Positions 1 through 8,819 of a stretch of 64,000 bases of DNA are shown piece by piece. This DNA is from Candidatus Multivorans sp. GTDB lineage: Bacteria > Acidobacteriota > Thermoanaerobaculia > Multivoradales > Multivoraceae. The notes beneath the pieces were generated by a model that was not told the DNA's origin, did no database searches, and worked only from the letters and a program-made list of their open reading frames with translations. A program made the position numbers and the translations under genes. The stretch covers positions 3,904,001 to 3,968,000 of the forward strand of contig OZ245033.1 in the NCBI GenBank assembly GCA_965224025.1, in the 5' to 3' direction. How positions within the stretch are numbered: the first letter of the stretch is position 1; each line of letters begins with the position of its first letter.

Positions 1-503
1 TCGTAGGGGATGTCGCCGGACTCGAGCCACCAGGCGTAACCCTTGTTCGGCCACGCGAACTTCGGGGCGGCCGCCGCCCGCTTCTTGCCCTCTTCGGTCA
101 TCGCCGGCATCCGCCCGTTCGGCGGGTCGGTCAGCACCGAGGTCCGGTACTTGCCGTCGATCATGAAGTTCTGGCTGCCCCACTCGAACCAGAAATTGTT
201 GTAGGCGCCGACATTGCCGCCCTCCTCCGGCGCCGCCCGCTCCGGATCGCTGGGCGCGTCCTGGGTTGCGTTCCTGTCGGCACGCGACTTCGCATTCGCC
301 TGCGCCTCCTCGACAGTGAGGGTCAGCTTGTCGCCGAACTCCTTCGGCCTCGCAAACGGCGTGATGCTCGAGATGTCGTACACGCCGGTGAAGTCCGGCT
401 TGCCGTCGGCGGTTCTCTTGATCTCGCCTTCGGCGGCGACGGCAGCCGAAGCTGCGGCAACGAGTACAACCAGAACGGCGGTAGCGATCAGCGACTTTCT
501 CAT
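1..503 (-). CDS. Secreted hypothetical protein, runs off the left window edge
   Basis: ATG at 503 with GGAGG upstream. Translates [43 protein letters not shown]...NVGAYNNFWFE, with a signal peptide and an open frame to position 1. Absent from the ORF track because it is truncated. Confidence 0.75.
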   Translation of the reverse strand, partial: MRKSLIATAVLVVLVAAASAAVAAEGEIKRTADGKPDFTGVYDISSITPFARPKEFGDKLTLTVEEAQANAKSRADRNATQDAPSDPERAAPEEGGNVGAYNNFWFEWGSQNFMIDGKYRTSVLTDPPNGRMPAMTEEGKKRAAAAPKFAWPNKGYAWWLESGDIPY

Positions 504-614
504 GTCGGCCTCCAGGCTCTGAGACGTGACTTCCGTTGTTGAATGCGGCAATCCTAGCAGCCCTCGCTGCGATACGCTTCCGCGCCACGACACCGATCCC
601 TCGCAGGAGGTCCG

Positions 615-1097
615 ATGCCACGATCCGTCCCCGTCGCCATCACCGTCAACGGCAGCAAGTGCGAGCGACAAGTCGAGCCGCGCACGCTGCTGGTCCACTT
701 CCTGCGCGAGGAACTCGACCTCACGGGCGTCCATGTCGGCTGCGAGAGCACGCTCTGCGGCGCCTGCACCGTGCATCTGAACGAGCGCGCGGTGAAGAGC
801 TGCACCGTGCTGGCGGTCCAGGCCGACGGCCAGGACGTGACGACGATCGAGGGTCTCGCCGCTGACGCCGATCATCTCCATCCCCTGCAGGTCGGCTTCT
901 GGGAGAAGCACGGTCTGCAGTGCGGCTACTGCACCCCCGGAATGATCATGGCGGCGAAGCAACTGCTCGACGACAACCCGAATCCGACCGAGGCGGAGAT
1001 CCGGGAAGCGATCGACGGCAACATCTGCCGCTGCACCGGCTACCAGCAGATCGTCGACGCGGTACAGCACGCCGCCGAAGTCGCGGGAGGGGCGTAG
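615..1097 (+). CDS. coxS: (2Fe-2S) small subunit of a xanthine/CO dehydrogenase-family molybdoenzyme
   Basis: [20 protein letters not shown] and NICRCTGY Fe-S motifs; AGGAGG RBS. Confidence 0.92.
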   Translation: MPRSVPVAITVNGSKCERQVEPRTLLVHFLREELDLTGVHVGCESTLCGACTVHLNERAVKSCTVLAVQADGQDVTTIEGLAADADHLHPLQVGFWEKHGLQCGYCTPGMIMAAKQLLDDNPNPTEAEIREAIDGNICRCTGYQQIVDAVQHAAEVAGGA

Positions 1098-1099
1098 AG

Positions 1100-3445
1100 A
1101 TGACGACGTTTCGACCGAACTCCGTGGGCCAGCCCATCAAGCGGCGCGAGGATCCGCGCCTAATCCGGGGCCTCGCCACCTACACCGACGACGTCAAGCT
1201 GCCGCGAATGACCTACGCCGCGTTCGTCCGCAGCGATTTCGCGGCCGGCGCCATCCGCTCGATCGACGCCGAGGCCGCCGCCGCCCGCCCGGGCGTCGTC
1301 GGCGTCTACACCTATGCCGACATGGAGGGCCAGGTCGGACCGACCCCTGTGGGCGTCGAACTCCCGGGCATGGGCAAGGCAGACCACCCGCTGCTGGCGA
1401 ATGGCCGCGTGCTCTACGTCGGCCACCCGGTCGCGGTCGTCGTGGCCGAAACGCCGTATGCGGCGCGCGACGCCGCCGGCCAGGTGGAAGTCGACATCGA
1501 ACCCCGGGAGGCCGTCGTCGACGTCGAGGAGGCGATCGCGCCCGGCGCAACGAAGGTCTACGAGGAACTCGACAGCAACATCTGCCTCCAGATTCCGGCC
1601 CCGAACCCGGAGGCCGACAAGCTCTTCGAGCAGGCCGACCAGACGCTGTCGCTGCGGCTGCTGAACCAGCGCGTCGCGCCGTTCCCAATGGAAGGGCGCG
1701 CCATCTGCGCCCACTGGGAGGAAGGCCCCGGCAAGCTGACGATCTGGACCTCGAACCAGGCGCCCCACTCCGTCAAGCAGCAGATCGCGATGTGCCTGGG
1801 CATCCCCGAGATCCGCATCCGCGCCATCGCTCCCGAGGTCGGCGGCGGCTTCGGAGCGAAGATCCCGACCTACGCGGAGGACGCCCTGCTGTGCTGGGTG
1901 TCCCGCGACCTCAAGCGGCCGGTCAAGTGGTCGGAGACCCGAACCGAGAACCTGCTCGGCATGACCCACGGCCGAGGTCACGTCGAGAAGATCGAGGTCG
2001 CCTTCCAGAACGACGGCCGCGTGCTCGCGCTCAAGGGGCAGACGATCTCAGACATCGGCGCGTTCCGTTCCTTCTTCGGTCCGTTCATCGCTCTCTCCAC
2101 CCACACCATGTCCTGCGGCTGCTACGACATCAAGGCCGTCGCCTGGGAGACGTCGTCGGTGTTCACGAACACGATGGCGACCGAGGCCTATCGCGGCGCC
2201 GGACGGCCGGAGGCCGCCTACATCATCGAGCGCGTGATGGACGAGGTGGCGGCAGCCACCGGCCTCGACCCGGTCGCCGTCCGGCGCCGGAACTTCATCA
2301 GCAAGGACGTCTTCCCCCACACTACCGCCTCCGGCGCCACCTATGACACCGGCGACTACGAGAAGTCGCTGCACCGTCTGATGGAACTCGCCGGCTACGA
2401 CGAAGCGCGCGCGGCCCAGCGGAGCGCGCGGGAGGAAGGCCGGCTGGTCGGAATCGGGCTCGCCACGTTCACCGAGGTGTGCGGTCTCGGGCCGTCGACC
2501 GGCACCGCTCCGCAGCAGCGCATGGGGACCTGGGAAAGCGCGACCGTGCGAGTCGAACCGAGCGGCAACGTCACCGTCTACACGGGTATCTCTCCACACG
2601 GCCAGGGCCAGGAGACCGTCTTCGCCCAGATGGCGTCGGACGCCTTCGGTGTCGGCCTCGACGACGTGGTCGTGGTCCATGGCGACACGGACCAGGTCCA
2701 GCACGGTGTCGGCACGTTCGGCAGCCGCGGCATCGCGGTCGGAGGCGCGGCGCTCGACATGGCATTGGTCAAGGTCCACGCCAAGGCAACTCGGATCGCG
2801 GCCCACCATCTCGACGCGCCCGTCGACCAGATCGAGTTCGACGACGGCGAGTTCACCGTCAGCGGCGCGGACCGCAAGCTCACCTTCCGCCAAGTCGCCG
2901 AGATGGCCCATCTCTGGAACGTCGCCGTGCCGGGCGAAGAGCCCGGACTCGAGGCGGTCGCCCGCTTCGAACCCTCGGCGACGACGTTCCCGTTCGGCGC
3001 CCACCTGTGCCAGGTCGAGATCGACCCCGAGAGCGGTCAGATCGCGATCCAGCGCTACGTGGCGGTCGACGATTTCGGCGAGGTGATCAACCCGATGCTG
3101 GCCGACGGCCAGCGCCTCGGGGGCGTCGTCCAGGGCATCGGCCAGGCGATGTGGGAGGAGGTCCAGTACGACGACGGCGGGCAGCTCCTCTCCGGCACCC
3201 TGATGGACTACGCGGTCCCCCGCGCCAAGCACTTCCCGCGCATGGTGCTGGACAACACGGTCACGCCGACGCCGATCAACCCGCTCGGCGCGAAGGGTAT
3301 CGGCGAACTCGGAACGATCGGGGCCACGCCTTGCATCGTGAACGCCATCGTCGACGCGCTGCGGCCCCTCGGCATCGACAACATCGACATGCCGGCCAAG
3401 CCCGAGCGCATCTGGCAGGCAATCCAGTCGGCCGGAGCGGCCTAG
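1100..3445 (+). CDS. Molybdopterin-binding large subunit, xanthine dehydrogenase family (form II CoxL-like)
   Basis: RREDPRL, VGGGFGAK, AYRGAGRPE, PHGQGQET and GAKGIGE motifs; start MTTFRP two bases after the coxS stop. Confidence 0.92.
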   Translation: MTTFRPNSVGQPIKRREDPRLIRGLATYTDDVKLPRMTYAAFVRSDFAAGAIRSIDAEAAAARPGVVGVYTYADMEGQVGPTPVGVELPGMGKADHPLLANGRVLYVGHPVAVVVAETPYAARDAAGQVEVDIEPREAVVDVEEAIAPGATKVYEELDSNICLQIPAPNPEADKLFEQADQTLSLRLLNQRVAPFPMEGRAICAHWEEGPGKLTIWTSNQAPHSVKQQIAMCLGIPEIRIRAIAPEVGGGFGAKIPTYAEDALLCWVSRDLKRPVKWSETRTENLLGMTHGRGHVEKIEVAFQNDGRVLALKGQTISDIGAFRSFFGPFIALSTHTMSCGCYDIKAVAWETSSVFTNTMATEAYRGAGRPEAAYIIERVMDEVAAATGLDPVAVRRRNFISKDVFPHTTASGATYDTGDYEKSLHRLMELAGYDEARAAQRSAREEGRLVGIGLATFTEVCGLGPSTGTAPQQRMGTWESATVRVEPSGNVTVYTGISPHGQGQETVFAQMASDAFGVGLDDVVVVHGDTDQVQHGVGTFGSRGIAVGGAALDMALVKVHAKATRIAAHHLDAPVDQIEFDDGEFTVSGADRKLTFRQVAEMAHLWNVAVPGEEPGLEAVARFEPSATTFPFGAHLCQVEIDPESGQIAIQRYVAVDDFGEVINPMLADGQRLGGVVQGIGQAMWEEVQYDDGGQLLSGTLMDYAVPRAKHFPRMVLDNTVTPTPINPLGAKGIGELGTIGATPCIVNAIVDALRPLGIDNIDMPAKPERIWQAIQSAGAA

Positions 3446-3451
3446 GTTCGG

Positions 3452-3895
3452 TCAGCGTGCGTCGAAAGGCCTCTCGGCGCCGACTCCCTTCTCAGGGCGA
3501 AGCCGAGTCCAGACCAAGCCGCCCACCCGTTCGTAGTGCCCGTCGAACGTGAGGAGTTCGCTCCCGGTCTCGAAGGTGTGGGCGGCTACCCAGATGTCAT
3601 TGGTCGGGATCGGTGTGCCCCTGGCCCGAAGACTTGCCGCGATGCGCGAGTAGCGGTCGCTTGTCCTCAAGCTGACCGGAAGGAACTCGACGCGATGTCT
3701 CCCAAGGAAACTCCGCAGGCTCTCCATGTTCTGCTCGAAGCGCGATCCTCGTCGGAATCCAGAAAGCAGTTCACCGGCGACCACTGCGGAGAAGTAGATG
3801 CGGCTGGCGGCCTGGAGCCTGCGATGAACGCCTCGATGACCACGCTTCCACTGGGAGTAGGCGTCGGTGTCGAGCAGATAGACCGTCACCTCCAC
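3452..3895 (-). CDS. vapC: VapC/PIN-domain toxin
   Basis: YLLDTD, ELLSG, IPTNDIWVAA and LLTFDGHY PIN motifs. Confidence 0.9.
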   Translation of the reverse strand: MEVTVYLLDTDAYSQWKRGHRGVHRRLQAASRIYFSAVVAGELLSGFRRGSRFEQNMESLRSFLGRHRVEFLPVSLRTSDRYSRIAASLRARGTPIPTNDIWVAAHTFETGSELLTFDGHYERVGGLVWTRLRPEKGVGAERPFDAR

Positions 3896-4155
3896 ATCTC
3901 TTCGTCGATGACCTCGAAATCGCTAACGGCTCGGTCGAACTCGTCCGCTTCTTCGACCGACCAGGTACCAAAGAGATCATCGAGGCTGTTGCCGACCACA
4001 CCGTCGCCATCTCTGTTGTCCGGCTGACTGAGCCCCCTGCGCAGCAACTTCCGCACGGACTGATTCAGCGAGAGTGCCTCTTCGTCGGCAATGCGGTGTA
4101 GCTCTCGAACGATGTCGTCGTCCAAACCACGAACGGTGAGTTGCTTGAGCGTCAT
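3886..4155 (-). CDS. vapB: VapB/FitA-like ribbon-helix-helix antitoxin
   Basis: MTLKQLTVRGLDDD...SLNQSVR...GTWSVEEADEFD; GGAGGAGG RBS; overlaps the vapC start. Confidence 0.85.
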   Translation of the reverse strand: MTLKQLTVRGLDDDIVRELHRIADEEALSLNQSVRKLLRRGLSQPDNRDGDGVVGNSLDDLFGTWSVEEADEFDRAVSDFEVIDEEMWR

Positions 4156-4189
4156 TTGTCCTCCTCCAAGGATGAGTCGCCGCCGAGTC

Positions 4190-5374
4190 ATGCTGACTCT
4201 ATCCGCGGCTCGAATCCGACCGCAAGCCAATGACGCTCGCATCACCTTGTTGCGTCTCGCGACGTTCTGCGTGCTCGCCTTGGCGCTCTGCGGCACGGCG
4301 ACGGCCCAGGAGCACAGCTTCGGCCCATTGCCCGTGGCCGAGGCCTGGCTGGGGGGCGGCGCCGGGTTTCTGAGCCTGCCCGTCGAGGCGCCGCGCGACT
4401 CGGCGCCGGAAGAGGCACGCTGGCAAGTCTCAGCGTCGCTGGGGCTCTCCAGCTTCTGGCTCCGCTCGCCGGCGGTGTCCGAGGTCATCGAGGCGCGGCC
4501 CGAGCGCGGCCCGGTGACGGTCGAGGAACTCGATCGAATCGCCCCCTGGCCGGGGCCGGAGGGAATCTACTTCGCGGACACCGAAGTCCACCGCTTGAGG
4601 GTCGATGTACGCCGGCGCTTCGGCCGAAGGCTCGAGCTGGGTCTCAGAACCTCGATCGTCGACGCCGGCGGCGGCGTGCTAGACCCAGTGATCGAGGGCT
4701 TCCACGACCTGTTCGGCTTCCGTCAGTCCGGCCGGCCACAGACGCTCCAAAAGGAGTACGGCCTGTACTTCCGACGCGACGGCAAAGGCGGACCAAGCAG
4801 CTACGGGGACCGGCTGCGCTTCATCCGCTTCGACGAGCCGGGGCCCGGCCTGGGTGAGACCGTTGCCTCCCTCAAGTGGGGGTTCGGAGCCGGATCAGCG
4901 GCGTGGCGACAGGCCGTCCAAGTACAGGTCAAGTTGCCAACCGGCAACGACGACGACTTCTACGGCACCGGTTCGGTGGACACGGCGGTCCAGTATCTGG
5001 CTTCCCGCCCCTGGCGCCGCTGGACCCTCTACGGCAACGCCGGCTTCGTCCGGCTCGGCGGCCATGCCTTGCTGACGCTGGAGCCGCAGGACATGGTCAC
5101 GGTCGCCATCGCCGGCGAACGCCCACTCGGTCCCAAGACGTCGCTGGTCCTGCAACTCCGCCACCAGAAAAGCCCCTTCCGGCAGTTGAAGCTCTCGATC
5201 CTCGGCGTCACGTCAACCCTGATCGACGTCGGCTGGACGCGCAGCCTCAAGCCGGGCCGAAGCGGACGCGATCGCGCCGCCTACCTCAGCCTGAGCAACA
5301 ACACGGCGAAGTACGGCTCGGCCGTCGACATCAGCCTGCACGCGGGAATCCGCCTGCGGACCGATCCGAACTAG
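4190..5374 (+). CDS. Exported beta-rich protein, DUF3187-like
   Basis: Signal peptide; GGGVLDPVIEGFHDLFG and VKLPTG...GTGSVD motifs; start uncertain. Confidence 0.65.
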   Translation: MLTLSAARIRPQANDARITLLRLATFCVLALALCGTATAQEHSFGPLPVAEAWLGGGAGFLSLPVEAPRDSAPEEARWQVSASLGLSSFWLRSPAVSEVIEARPERGPVTVEELDRIAPWPGPEGIYFADTEVHRLRVDVRRRFGRRLELGLRTSIVDAGGGVLDPVIEGFHDLFGFRQSGRPQTLQKEYGLYFRRDGKGGPSSYGDRLRFIRFDEPGPGLGETVASLKWGFGAGSAAWRQAVQVQVKLPTGNDDDFYGTGSVDTAVQYLASRPWRRWTLYGNAGFVRLGGHALLTLEPQDMVTVAIAGERPLGPKTSLVLQLRHQKSPFRQLKLSILGVTSTLIDVGWTRSLKPGRSGRDRAAYLSLSNNTAKYGSAVDISLHAGIRLRTDPN

Positions 5375-6936
5375 CGCCCTGGCGCGTTGCGGTAGTCAAG
5401 GGGCGGCTGCTGGCCCTCTTCCAGAGCCGCGCGGTAGGGGCGGTCGGCGAGTCGCCGGTCGTGTTCCTCGCGGGCTGCCTCCACGATCGAAGGATCCGCC
5501 AGCAGGTCCCACGCCGTAGCCGCCAGCACACGAGCGGCCATCAACATGCCCTGGCGGCCGATCGTCGTGCCGCCTGAGGCGACCGCCTGCCAGGAGTGGG
5601 CCGGGGTACCCGGCACCCAGCAGGCCGTTCGGATACCGGTCGTCGGCGTAACCCAGGACACGTCGCCGACGTCGGTGGACCCCAGGGTCGTGTTGCCCGT
5701 GTCGTCGCGCAACTCGGCCACCGACGCGAGCGGGCGCGGCTTCAGCAGTGATTCCTGCAGCTTGCGGGCCCAGCCACGCTCCTCTTCGCTGTACTCCATG
5801 TCGATGAGGGCCTTGAAGTTCCGTAACGAAACTTCGGAGAGCGTGTCGTTCGGGAGGAGGTTGTGGATTCCTCCCAGGAACTCGATCTCCAGTTCGGTCT
5901 CCGTCGCGTGGGCAGCCCCCTCGGCCACCAGCACCAGCCGGTCGTAGATCGAGCGCGCGATGCCGATGTCCGGGTGGCGCACGTAGTAGTACGCCTCGGC
6001 GAACGCCGGCACCACGTTCGGGGCGTCGCCACCGGCGGTGATCACATGATGGATGCGCGTGCGGTCGGGCGTGTGCTCCCGGAGCAGTTCGGCGCCGTAG
6101 TTGAGGATCGCCACCGCGTCTAGCGCCGAGCGCCCCGCTTCGGGCGACGCGGCGGCGTGGGCGCTGCGGCCGCGGTAGCGGAACTTGGCCGCGACGCGGG
6201 CGAGGTTCGTCGGGTCGCCGACAGAGTTCACGTCGCCCGGATGCCAGTGGAGGACGGCATCAACGTCGTCGAACAGTCCGGCCCGGGCCATGAATGCCTT
6301 GGCGCCGCCGCCTTCCTCGGCCGGCGTCCCGTAGAGCCGCAGCGTGCCCCGGATCGCGCCGCCGCGGATGCCGTCGCCCACCGCGAGGGCCGCGCCGAGC
6401 GAACCGGCGCCGAACAGGTGATGCCCGCAGGCATGGCCCCAGTCGGGTCCCTCGCGCGGAGAACGGGTCGGAACCGCTTCCTGGGACAGTCCCGGCAGGG
6501 CGTCGAACTCGGCAAGGATCGCGATGACCGGACGTCCGGTGCCGAAAGAGGCCACGAAGCTCGTCGGGATGCCGGCGACTCCCCGTTCGACTTCGAAGCC
6601 CTCCTCCTCGACGATCGAGGCAAGCAGCGCCGACGACTTCGTCTCCTGGTAACCGGGCTCAGCCCACTCCCAGACCTTCCGCGCCGCGTCCCACAGCAGG
6701 TCCGCGCGCTCCGCCACCGCCGTCTCAAGGTCGTTCTTCTGCCCCACCCCGTCGGCCGCCGCCGACGCGCGCGGAATCAGGGCCAGCGCGACCCCGAGAA
6801 CGACTGCGGGTAGAGCATGCCCTGGGAACCCGGGTGGCGCGATCCGCGCCACCCGCGAACCATTCCGTGCGCCCGTCTTCGGGCGCACGGATGGCACGCG
6901 GGCATCTTGCCCGCATCCGGCCTTCCGCCTAGCCAT
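5371..6936 (-). CDS. M20 family amidohydrolase (AbgB-like)
   Basis: AEPGYQE, AEFDALPGL, GHACGHH, GTPAEEGG and GSTDVGDVSW motifs. ATG overlaps the end of the ADH gene. The N-terminus includes repeat-derived sequence, so the start is uncertain. Confidence 0.9.
   Translation of the reverse strand: MARRKAGCGQDARVPSVRPKTGARNGSRVARIAPPGFPGHALPAVVLGVALALIPRASAAADGVGQKNDLETAVAERADLLWDAARKVWEWAEPGYQETKSSALLASIVEEEGFEVERGVAGIPTSFVASFGTGRPVIAILAEFDALPGLSQEAVPTRSPREGPDWGHACGHHLFGAGSLGAALAVGDGIRGGAIRGTLRLYGTPAEEGGGAKAFMARAGLFDDVDAVLHWHPGDVNSVGDPTNLARVAAKFRYRGRSAHAAASPEAGRSALDAVAILNYGAELLREHTPDRTRIHHVITAGGDAPNVVPAFAEAYYYVRHPDIGIARSIYDRLVLVAEGAAHATETELEIEFLGGIHNLLPNDTLSEVSLRNFKALIDMEYSEEERGWARKLQESLLKPRPLASVAELRDDTGNTTLGSTDVGDVSWVTPTTGIRTACWVPGTPAHSWQAVASGGTTIGRQGMLMAARVLAATAWDLLADPSIVEAAREEHDRRLADRPYRAALEEGQQPPLDYRNAPGR
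6824..6897. repeat. Double-hairpin dispersed repeat, copy A
   Basis: GGAAC-cCGGGTGGCGCG atc CGCGCCACCCG-cgaaccat-TCCGTGCGCCC gtcttc GGGCGCACGGA-tGGCAC; homologous to 27971-28043 and 30010-30084 in the opposite orientation. Confidence 0.85.
6896..6921. repeat. REP-like hairpin
   Basis: acGCGGGCatcttGCCCGCatccggc, near-identical to 21068-21093. Confidence 0.7.
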
Positions 6937-8032
6937 CGAAGACGATGACCTGCCGCGCCACCTCGCCCTTCTTCAGGTTCTGCAGCGCCTCGTTGATCTG
7001 CGAGAACCCGACGCGGTCCGAAATCAGCTCGTCGAGCTTCAGCTTGCCGGCCAGGTAGAAATCGATCAGCCGCGGCATGTCGATGCGGAAGCGGTTCGAA
7101 CCCATGACGCAGCCCTGGATCGCCTTCGCCTGGAGCATCTCGTGGCCCGGAATCTCGATCTTCTCGCCCATCGGGACCATGCCGATCACGGTCGCGGTGC
7201 CGCCGGGCCGCAGCATCGCCCACGCCTGCTCGGCGGTCACTTTGAGCCCGATCGCCTCGAAGGCGTACTGCACGCCGCCGCCGGTCATCTCCAGGACCTG
7301 CTCCACCGGATCGCCGGCGGACGCGTCCACCGTGTCCGTGGCGCCGAACTGCCGCGCCAGTTCGAGCTTGGAGGCCACCCGATCGACGGCGATGACCCGC
7401 CCGGCGCCGGCCAGTTCGGCCCCGTTGATCGTCGACAGACCAATGCCGCCGCAACCGATCACGGCCACCGTCGATCCCGGTTCGACCTGCGCCGTCCGGA
7501 ACGCCGCGCCGACGCCCGTGGTCACGGCGCAGCCGATGACCGCGGCGCGGTCGAGCGGCATGTCCTCGCGGATCTTCACCACCGCGTTCTCATGGACGAG
7601 CATCTGTTCCGCGAACGACGCCAGGTCCGCGAACTGCGAGACGGGCCGCGGACCGCCGCCATTGCTGGTTGGAAGCGCCAGCCGCGGCTCGGCGCTCCTC
7701 GGCCGCCGGGTGGCCCGCTTGTCGCAGAGGGTCGGCTCGCCGCTCATGCAGTACTCGCAGTAGCCGCAGAACACGGACAGACAGGTGATCACGTGGTCTC
7801 CCGGCTTGACGTAGCGCACCTCGGAGCCCACCTGCTCGACGATCCCGGCCGCCTCGTGGCCGAGGATCGCGGGCGTCCGGATCGGCCACAGCCCGTCCAC
7901 GAAGTGCAGGTCGCTGTGGCAAACGCCGACCACCGAACTCCGGATCAGGATCTCGTGCGGCCCCGGTTTGCCGATCGAGACGTCGGTGATCTCGAGCGGC
8001 TGACCCACCTCGTGGAATACGGCTGCTTTCAT
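6929..8032 (-). CDS. Zn-dependent alcohol dehydrogenase (MDR family)
   Basis: GVCHSD, GHEAAG, CGYCEYC...C and GCGGIG motifs. Confidence 0.93.
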   Translation of the reverse strand: MKAAVFHEVGQPLEITDVSIGKPGPHEILIRSSVVGVCHSDLHFVDGLWPIRTPAILGHEAAGIVEQVGSEVRYVKPGDHVITCLSVFCGYCEYCMSGEPTLCDKRATRRPRSAEPRLALPTSNGGGPRPVSQFADLASFAEQMLVHENAVVKIREDMPLDRAAVIGCAVTTGVGAAFRTAQVEPGSTVAVIGCGGIGLSTINGAELAGAGRVIAVDRVASKLELARQFGATDTVDASAGDPVEQVLEMTGGGVQYAFEAIGLKVTAEQAWAMLRPGGTATVIGMVPMGEKIEIPGHEMLQAKAIQGCVMGSNRFRIDMPRLIDFYLAGKLKLDELISDRVGFSQINEALQNLKKGEVARQVIVFDG

Positions 8033-8269
8033 GTCTGGAACCCCTCCTGGCTGCCGGCGACACAGCACGACGTTCGACCGGCCGCGCCGGTCCCGGTGAA
8101 GGCCGGCAGGCTATCAGCGGCGTCGGCAGCCGCAGCGTGGTCGGAGTCGAAGCTTGCACGGAACAAGCCCTGTTTCCTGTGCGTCAGCGCGGCGCGGACG
8201 CCGCGACTCGACTCACATGAAGGAACAGCGGCTGGTATAGCCTCGTAAGCCCAGCTTGGGACCTCGTCC

Positions 8270-8614
8270 ATGCACAAAGCCAGGATCCTCGTTGACCCCC
8301 ACCCGGACCGCGTCCGGTTCAAGATGGATGTCCCCGTTGACTTCCATCTGGAAGGAGACGCCTGGATCGCATCCTGCCCTCTTCTGGACGTGGCAAGCCA
8401 CGGAGCGAACCGGGAAGAGGCCCAGGCGATGCTGGGCGAGGCTCTGGGCGCCTTCCTCTTCACCTGCTACGACATCGGAACCCTGGACGAAGTCCTGAGG
8501 GACTGCGGCTTTGAGACTTCGACCGCGAACCGGTACTCCGCTGCCAGCACCACAGATCGCCTGGTGCCCTTCCAGATGAGGCAGCAGCTTGTCCAGGCCG
8601 CTGCGGCCCATTAG
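8270..8614 (+). CDS. hicB: HicB-like antitoxin
   Basis: EGDAWIASCPLLDVASHGANREEA, the HicB N-terminal signature; paired with hicA. Confidence 0.75.
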   Translation: MHKARILVDPHPDRVRFKMDVPVDFHLEGDAWIASCPLLDVASHGANREEAQAMLGEALGAFLFTCYDIGTLDEVLRDCGFETSTANRYSAASTTDRLVPFQMRQQLVQAAAAH

Positions 8615-8819
8615 GCCGCGTCGGCTAGTCCGCGCCTTCGAACGGAATGGCTGGACCAGGAAGCACCAGGTCGGATCTCATCTGACGCTGACCAAGGCCG
8701 GGGCGAGTCGCCCCGTTGTCATCCCGATGGGCAAGGACGTACCCGTGGGCATCATCCTCAAGAACATGCGCACTGCCGGTATGACCCGGAGACGGCTTTT
8801 CGAGCTTCTCGACGAGTAG
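8589..8819 (+). CDS. hicA: HicA family toxin
   Basis: LVRAFERNGW...VGSHLTL...VVIP...PVGIILK; overlaps hicB. Confidence 0.85.
   Translation: MSRPLRPIRPRRLVRAFERNGWTRKHQVGSHLTLTKAGASRPVVIPMGKDVPVGIILKNMRTAGMTRRRLFELLDE

Noticed and set aside
1100-3445. True aerobic CO dehydrogenase (form I)
   Set aside because: The active-site loop is AYRGAGR, not AYRCSFR, and there is no coxM or accessory cox gene.
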